A stretch of 63,153 nucleotides of DNA, filler included, from Octopus bimaculoides (lineage: Eukaryota), in assembly GCF_001194135.2 (NCBI RefSeq). It is 4 parts of 4 records of this genome, joined end to end, with 100 filler letters (N's around TTAATTAATTAA, not from the genome) between each part and the next. Parts side by side here need not be neighbours in the genome. Positions count along the whole stretch, not along the records: positions 53,319 to 55,966 come from NW_026436694.1; positions 56,067 to 63,153 come from NC_068993.1; 2 more parts are not named here. One strand, 5' to 3'. Positions 55,341-63,153 of the stretch are shown one piece after another. The notes beneath the pieces were generated by a model, which worked only from the letters and a program-made list of their open reading frames with translations, was not told the DNA's origin and did no database searches. The translations under genes were made by a program, and so were the position numbers. Numbering within the stretch: position 1 is the first letter of the stretch; each line of letters opens with the position of its first letter.

Positions 55341-55867
55341 TATGTCAATAGTTTAGCATATGAGCAGCCGTTGTCAACTAAAGGTCAGTTGTCTATGATA
55401 TGATAATGCCACTGGTGGCGAATTGGAGGAGACGATAGTGTCGGACAGAATGCCTCGCAGTGGTCGATAAAAATAAAGTACCAATGGAGGTCATTGGATT
55501 AGGGGAACAGAAAGAAGATTTTGCCAGATACCCGGCGGCATTTGTTCTAGCTCTTTTTGTTCCCAGTTCAAATCCCACCGTTTCTTATTAAGCTGGATGG
55601 ATGGCTTAATCTATCATTTGGTAACTCGGGTGACTTCAGTGAAGCCTACTCTATTACAATCACTCATACCAGTTCTTCAGTTTAAGGACAAATTCCTNNN
55701 NNNNNNNATTCTCTGAAGCATTCTAAAGAGTCATTAGCACTTTCCTCCTATTTTACTAAAAGTTAATATATGCATATATAATCATATAATTTGTTTATTT
55801 GTGCGTGTGTATATACATACACACACACACCCAAACACACACACACACACATATATATATACGCATG

Positions 55868-55917
<50 letters not shown>

Positions 55918-55922
55918 GCTAT

Positions 55923-55966
<44 letters not shown>

Positions 55967-56997
55967 NNNNNNNNNNNNNNNNNNNNNNNNNNNNNNNNNN
56001 NNNNNNNNNNTTAATTAATTAANNNNNNNNNNNNNNNNNNNNNNNNNNNNNNNNNNNNNNNNNNNNTGTGTGTGTGTGTGTGTGTGTGTACATATATTAC
56101 ATGCATATATGTATACGTTTTAGTCGACTCTCATAAATGAAAGCAATATCGAATCTTATCACTAACACAGCGGCGGAAATCCTTATTTTTCTTTGCCTTG
56201 TCTTCGCTCAAAAGGAGTATTAACGATGTGCTACCTGCCTTTAGCAACTTGTAATGAATGGCGTTAGAACTCATTTCCTTATAGTCACGTTTCTGTCAGA
56301 TCAATTTATCTTTTGAGCAACATAACACGATGACGTATTTTTCTGACCTCTTCAGGAACATCTTGACAACTGAATATGCGCGATCTTTATTTTAATCATA
56401 ATGTTCACCACCAAACTTGTTTATCAATTCCGAAAACTAAACCAAAATGTCTATATAAAGCTCAATCATACAAACTTTTTCTTCATTCGTCTTTTTCCAT
56501 ACACATGAATAATTGTAAAGGGAAATAACTGTATGACATCCTGTTATTCTAGTTAGTTGTATTTTTACTATTTCTATTGGTATCAAACTTAGCATACCAC
56601 TCATTTCTAAACATTTCCATTTCTAATTATGTTACTTAGCCTTTGATAAAATTCCTTAGAGCCTGGTTGCAGAAATGAAAGCATAAAAAAAACAAGTTAG
56701 TATATGTCTCATCAATGACATTAGATGTTTACAATTGTGTAGACTATGGTTTGCTTCTTTCCTCTACAACCGTATAGGTTTGCTAGTCTTTTCATTTTTT
56801 TATACATACAAAATAAAAATATCAATTGTATTAGAGTTATCATCTCTTTTCTCATTATATTTCTTTAACACTATCTCCCGTGTGGTCGACTCTCAACTCA
56901 GTGTTTGATTCCTCTTGTCCTTCATGTCTTCTATCAAATTATTACGGCTGTTATCGCCTTCATCAAAGTAACAAACTCCTACTTTAGGTACGAAGTG

Positions 56998-57164
56998 CAG
57001 TGTTTCCTAACCTTTTCACTACCGAGGACCCCTTTTATTTAAAAGAGTTACCCCCACGAACCCCAGGTTATTGTAAGGTCTGTCAGCTTAACATTTACAC
57101 GGACTCCCAGTACTATCTTTGCGGACCACCAAGGATCCGCGGATCACAGGTTGGGAAACCACTG
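56998..57164. mobile_element. Short hAT-like MITE
   Basis: Termini cagtgtttcctaacc ... ggttgggaaaccactg; no matching TSD visible. Confidence 0.65.
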
Positions 57165-57527
57165 ACATAGAATAAGAGCTCTGTTACAATGATTACTTGA
57201 TTGTAGATAAATACACAATTATGAAGCATTATTTCTATTTTAATAAGCAGAGATGAGATATAGCTCTAAGTCATTGTTTATTTTTCATAGAAGATTACTT
57301 CCAAAAGATAGCAACAATGTGGCTAAGTCAATAGAGTGAGAGTATGCACATGAAGTTTATGACTAATATCGAGTGGCTGTAAAAATAGTCTCCTCCTCTA
57401 AAACCCTACAGTATTTCACTATTTCTAACCTATTTCATGTCAGAGATTATAGGGAAGGTGCAGCAGTTTTTTCTTTTCTGGAAAAAAACAGGATTTTAGC
57501 CGATATCAATATTCAGAGAAGGTGGGA

Positions 57528-57579
<52 letters not shown>

Positions 57580-57720
57580 CAGAGAAAGTTAACAAAAACG
57601 TGCTGGATGAATATCATAATCTTCTCTAAAATACAGTTTGTAATAGAATTTTGCAACGATAGGCTTTTGGGGGAGCAGATTGCGACTATGTGGATAAAAG
57701 TTTTAAACATATTAACGCAT

Positions 57721-58271
57721 AATAGTAGCCTTATTATCAGTCCGAATATGCTTGAAACCTGTTCGAACAGGTGAACAAGCTAGTCACCGCGTTATGTCAC
57801 GGAAAGTATAACCTGTTTGTTGACAAATGGTGTGTGTATACACCTATATCAGCTCTAACCGCCACCTACCTAGACCGTGAGATGCAAGCATTTCGGAGTA
57901 GTTATCTCCTCTTCGGTCACGGACACCAAAAAGGCGTGCCTCAAGCATATTCGGACAGGAATTTATTTACAGTGAGCCGCCGCACAGCGTTACCAATCGC
58001 CGTATGGTAACTGGAAAAGCGTAAGAGAATTAGTCTCGTAATTTAGCTCGTAGCGCCCCCTCTGTGGTGTCTGTGACCGAAGAGGAAATAAGTAGTCTAA
58101 AATGCTTGCATCTCACGGTCTGGGTAGGTGGCACTGCGTGCTGATATAGCTGTATACACACCATTTGTCAACAAACGGGATATATTTTCCATGATAAAAC
58201 GCAGTGAGTAGCTTGTTCCCCAGTTCGAACGTGCCTCAAGCATATTCGGACTGATAATAGCATCACTATTT
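57721..58271. mobile_element. MITE/fold-back element with ~195-bp inverted arms
   Basis: 57732-57927 (tattatcagtccgaatatgcttga...cttcggtcacggacacc) is the reverse complement of 58066-58259 (ggtgtctgtgaccgaag...tcaagcatattcggactgataata). Confidence 0.88.
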
Positions 58272-58329
58272 TACTTATCACTGCGTAGCGCTCCTCCTCT
58301 AAAATATTAACGTATATATATTGCAAATA

Positions 58330-59200
58330 CGAGGTGGTATGAAAGAGTTCCCGGTTTGGCTATGTTTAACAAAACAAATAACTTATTTACTTAACTTTAA
58401 ATGTCATCTCCTTCGAACTAGTCACCTTGCACAGGAATACACCGGCCCCAACGTTCCTGCCACTTTTAGAATCCGGCCTGGAATTCGTTTTCCTTAAGCG
58501 AGTCGAAGACCTTCTGTTCTTGATGTCGACAACGGTGTTAAAAAGGCAACCTTTGAGCTGCATTTTCATCTTGAAGAAGAGATGGCAATCAGCAGGTGCT
58601 AAATCTGGCGGAAGCGATACCATGTTGTTTTTGGTGAGAAATTCACGAGTGAGGAGGGCTCGGTGACAGGGTCTTGAAAAATCCAGGCATTAGGATTGCC
58701 TGCTCAGACCCATACGACAATCCAATAACATCAGCAATGTCATTGATTGTCCTCCGATGATCTTCATGCACAAGATGATGAATTTTCTGCACAATTTTCT
58801 GCCAGATCTTCCAGATACCTCATCCTATTTCATGGACATCTTTCCGATTTTGAAGCACTCGTGCCACTTCAAACGTTACGTACGACCCATTCCCTTGCCG
58901 TCGTAAGCTTGCTGTAGCATGCTGAATATCTCTGTAACAGACATCCAAAGTTTAACGCAAAATTTCACGTTGACACTTTGTTCCAATTTCCTGTCTGTGA
59001 CAAAACAAAAATCGCAAACTACAGCATACATGTGATTAGAAAAATACAAATTTCACAACTTAAGAAGTAAACACAGCCATGCCACTTGGCACACTGCTTC
59101 ATGAAGGACACTGCCAACTCTCACTACGCACATGACTGTGTGTGCTGCCATCTGTTGAGGCACTACAGAACTAGTCCAGGAACGTTTTGATACCAACTCG
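58330..59200 (-). mobile_element. Internally deleted mariner element with both TIRs and TA TSD
   Basis: TA|cgaggtggtatgaaagagttcccgg ... ccaggaacgttttgataccaactcg|TA; minus strand EQSVNVKFCVKL..S.TE...MLQQAY and PDLAPADCHLFFKMKMQLKG; catalytic middle absent. Confidence 0.9.
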
Positions 59201-59750
59201 TATACAAATGAAAAGTTTGTTTTATTTAATGTTAAGGAAATATTTGTTATCAAAAAATTAGTATTAAATTCATCATTTTTTTATAAGCACCAAGAAAATT
59301 GATAAAAGATAAATGATAATTATATATGTTTACTATATTTCTTGATATTGCACATTGTAGCAAAAGTATACTTCCAAAGTCAACTGTCCTTTGACGGGTA
59401 AAACTCTAATTACTATATAAGTCTTGTTACCTAGAGTGCTGAATTCGCATCCGCCCAATGACTACTATATAATAAGAGATTACTAAGCATCATATAGATA
59501 ATAGTAATAGACATAATTTGTAGCACGATGCTATCATGTTACCAATAACGTTTCTGTCACAACCGCGAATCAGATAAAAAGAAAACGTTAGACTTTCTAA
59601 TTACACATATATAGCAGGGTGTGGGACAGTATAATCATGATAGAATAAATTAGCATACATAATTAATTGCTACATTACTTTGTTATGTGCGTCACAACTT
59701 TTCTCAATATCCATGTGTGTGTGTGTGGACACAAACACACACACACACAC

Positions 59751-59789
<39 letters not shown>

Positions 59790-59818
59790 TACACACACAC
59801 ACACATACACACACATAA

Positions 59819-60050
59819 GGCGGCGAGCTGGCAGAAGCGTTAGCACGCCGGCGGAAATGCTTAGCGGTATTTCGTCTGCCGCTACGTTCTGAGTTCAAAT
59901 TCTGCCGAGGTCGACTTTGCCTTTCATCCTTTCGGGGTCGATTAAATAAGTACCAGTTACGCACTGGGGTCGGTATAATCGACTTAATCCGTTTCTCTAT
60001 CCTTGTTTGTCCCCTCTGTGTGTAGCCCCTTGTGGGTAGTAAAGAAATAA
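59819..60050 (+). mobile_element. SINE family B, full length, little diverged (central domain resembling the Deu/Nin type)
   Basis: ggcggcgagctggcagaagcgttagc...gagttcaaattc (B box)...gtcgactttgcctttcatcctttcggggtcgattaaataagtaccag...aaagaaataa. Confidence 0.92.
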
Positions 60051-60077
60051 CACACATACACACACACATATACAAGT

Positions 60078-60235
60078 AGGGATACATAATTAAGAAGTTT
60101 GCTTCCCAAATATGTAGCTTCGGGTTCACTCCCCTTACATGGTAACTTGAGCAAAGTTTCTTCTAGAATAGCCATGGGCCACCTGTAGCTTTCTGTGTGT
60201 ATTTGGAAGACGGAAACTGAAAGAGACATGCCGAA
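60078..60235 (+). mobile_element. SINE family A, diverged 5' half
   Basis: aagaagtttgcttcccaa...cgggttcactccc...cttgagcaaagtttcttcta...gacggaaactgaaaga. Confidence 0.65.
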
Positions 60236-62500
60236 TATATGTTCTCCTCCCACCCACCTCTCCCCTCCTGCTCCGACTCCTACTTCTCTGTACTTCTCTT
60301 CACTCCTACTTCTCTTTACCCCTACTCTTTCTCTTTTCTCTCTTACTATCTCTCTCTCACTCTCTTCTCTCTTACTCTCTTTCTCTCTCTCTTCCTCTCT
60401 TTCTCCTCGCGTTCTCCCTTCTCCCATACCCACCTTCCCCTCTCTTATATCCACCTTCCCTTTCCCCTTCATCGTCAACCCTTCCCCCTTCATCGTCAAC
60501 TCTCTCACATAAGGTCATCCCACCCCAACACACTCCTATTCTACCTTCTCACCCCACCCCATCCAATTCCTTACACTCACCCNNNNNNNNNNNNNNNNNN
60601 NNNNNNNNNNNNNNNNNNNNNNNNNNNNNNNNNNNNNNNNNNNNNNNNNNNNNNNNNNNNNNNNNNNNNNNNNNNNNNNNNNNNNNNNNNNNNNNNNNNN
60701 NNNNNNNNNNNNNNNNNNNNNNNNNNNNNNNNNNNNNNNNNNNNNNNNNNNNNNNNNNNNNNNNNNNNNNNNNNNNNNNNNNNNNNNNNNNNNNNNNNNN
60801 NNNNNNNNNNNNNNNNNNNNNNNNNNNNNNNNNNNNNNNNNNNNNNNNNNNNNNNNNNNNNNNNNNNNNNNNNNNNNNNNNNNNNNNNNNNNNNNNNNNN
60901 NNNNNNNNNNNNNNNNNNNNNNNNNNNNNNNNNNNNNNNNNNNNNNNNNNNNNNNNNNNNNNNNNNNNNNNNNNNNNNNNNNNNNNNNNNNNNNNNNNNN
61001 NNNNNNNNNNNNNNNNNNNNNNNNNNNNNNNNNNNNNNNNNNNNNNNNNNNNNNNNNNNNNNNNNNNNNNNNNNNNNNNNNNNNNNNNNNNNNNNNNNNN
61101 NNNNNNNNNNNNNNNNNNNNNNNNNNNNNNNNNNNNNNNNNNNNNNNNNNNNNNNNNNNNNNNNNNNNNNNNNNNNNNNNNNNNNNNNNNNNNNNNNNNN
61201 NNNNNNNNNNNNNNNNNNNNNNNNNNNNNNNNNNNNNNNNNNNNNNNNNNNNNNNNNNNTATAAGTCTGTATGTATGCATGTATGTATATATGCATGTAT
61301 GTATATATGCATGTATATCGGTTCACAGGACTGTTGATATTTTTTAATACCTGTTTCCCAACTCGAGAATTTTCTTCACGCACACTGCAAACTGTAGTGA
61401 AAATGGCCTTTTGCGTTTCCGATATCTCCCGACTGATTTAAAGCACTTTTAATTCACAACATAATTTTCATATGCTTACAACATATTGTGTTGTAGCCTC
61501 GCTGCACCGAATGTGTCGAATAAATAGTCTCCATCGATCTTATATATGGATGCTGTGACTTCCAAAAGCATTTCAGAATTGATTTTGTTGGCCTTCGGTG
61601 CTGATGATAGCCAAGTGTCATCGGTCCGCAGAGAGCGTCCTGTCAAATAGCTTTTGTACAGGAGTAAGTATATCCCAAACATAGGTGAATATATATAAAA
61701 GTTATTTTGTTATAAACATATGTGCGTGAGCATTATGTCTACGGATGTATATATGTGTGTGTGTGTTGTGGGTGTTGTCAATGTTGTGCGTGTGTGTGTG
61801 AGTGCGTGTGAATGTCTGTGTGCATGCGCGCGCGCATTTGTCTAACTGGGCTGTCCGGTTACTGCGTTCTTCATGCTTTGGAGAATTAGATAAATATTAC
61901 TACTTTGAAAATGAGTAATTCTATCGATGGAAAGTTCATCTCGCCGTTGCCTATCTGCCTCAACGAATTTCGAGTGTGAATGTGTGAGTGTGTGCACACG
62001 CACGCGCGCGTGTGTGTTGTTTACGAGTGAATTCCAAAACAAGATACATTAGCGCAAGTATGTGATATTAATACGTACTCTTTGATCACACAAAATCATC
62101 TAATAAAAAAGGAAACGTTAACTGACGAACAAACAGAAGCAACAGAGGTCTCGCACACATGCACACACACACACAGTGTCATAAACACAGTCATACACAC
62201 AATCACAAATACACAAAGGAACGCACCCACTCTCACACACTCGCACACAAAGACGCACGCACACAAACATACAGACATACACACGCGCGCGCGCGCGCAC
62301 GCATACACATCATGCGTACGCGCATTATCTACAATGACTGTAATACACAAGCAATAGTGGGTTGCAACATTTCTCGCCTGCAGATGAGAGAAGGAAACCT
62401 GAGTTAGGAAGCAAACATTCAGTTAAAACAAAAAAGATACTGCATCTACTGGACGCTCTGTCCTCATTCTCCCGACATATTTAAACGTACATACATATAC

Positions 62501-62855
62501 ATGGTGGTTGTCTACTCCTTATTCAGAGTTTGACCACCTCCTGTACCTACACCTCAGCACCATCATGGCATCTGATGTGGTTTTGTAAACCAGACAATAT
62601 TTTGAAAAGGCACCCCCTATAGATTGCATATCCTATTTGGACCACCAAGAGCTGCAGTTAAGTTCTGATCTTTGTGTATCTTAAAATGTCTTTTGAGGCC
62701 TCTGTTAGATTTGCAGACCTTCTGGCATACATTGAACTAAAAGGTGTGCACAAGCATATAGGTAGAATAGGAGGTAGAGGTTTGTTTTCGATGGGGTTGC
62801 AAATGAGATTTGAGCCCAGCAAAAGAAAAGCATGGTCTGTCACAAAATGTACACG
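62501..62855 (-). mobile_element. 3' end of a LINE (probably RTE clade) with three C2H2 fingers, copy 2
   Basis: CTFCDRPCFSFAGLKSHLQPH...F*FNVCQKVCKSNRGLKRHFKIH...CNL*GCLFKILSGLQNHIRCH; same UTR end ggagtagacaaccaccat as copy 1. Confidence 0.72.
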
Positions 62856-63153
62856 AATCAAAATCACCTCCTCCTACCAACAGCGAGTGTCTTCCACCAT
62901 CCATGACCTCATCTCCTTTTCTGCTCTCCACCCCCACCGCCACCAACCTAATCGTCCGAACACCCCGTACCTCCACCATCTGTTTCTTTCTCAAAATACA
63001 TAAACCCGACAACACTGGCCGCCCTATCGTTTCTGCCTATAATTGCCCCACCGAACTCATTTCCAAATAACTTGACCGCATCCTGTCCCCTTCAGTTTTG
63101 TCCTCCCATCCCACATACACAACACTAATCACGCCCTTCATCTCTACAATTCC
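62845..63153 (+). pseudogene. Penelope-like element RT N-terminal fragment (runs off the window)
   Basis: SYQQRVSSTIHDLIS, then after a frameshift TATNLIVRTPRT...LKIHKPDNTGRPIVSAYNCPTELISK*LDRILSP: PLE 'PKIHK...GRPIVS' motif. Confidence 0.85.

Overview
AT-rich animal genomic DNA from a gapped draft assembly. The SINE repertoire and microsatellite load look cephalopod (octopus-like); this is pattern recognition, not a database result. I find no recognisable host protein-coding gene, rRNA, CRISPR array or intact transposon. Almost every long ORF in the track is a read-through of N-gaps or microsatellites. The window contains: (i) many tRNA-derived SINEs of at least four families; (ii) decayed non-LTR retroelements: R4/Dong clade, RTE, an L1/Tx1 fragment and Penelope-like RT; (iii) Tc1/mariner relics, hAT-like MITEs and fold-back elements; (iv) very large di-, tri- and tetranucleotide repeat fields. 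The most interesting region is 40.2-48.7 kb. There, (TAA)n arrays hold two different R4/Dong-clade relics, two ~80-bp tail fragments and four copies of a ~555-bp non-coding element, all in the same orientation. This suggests a microsatellite-targeted autonomous/non-autonomous retroposon system. Other leads are a tRNA-Thr-like unit with direct plus inverted terminal duplications, a degenerate minimal hammerhead-ribozyme motif, and a LINE 3' end encoding three C2H2 fingers.
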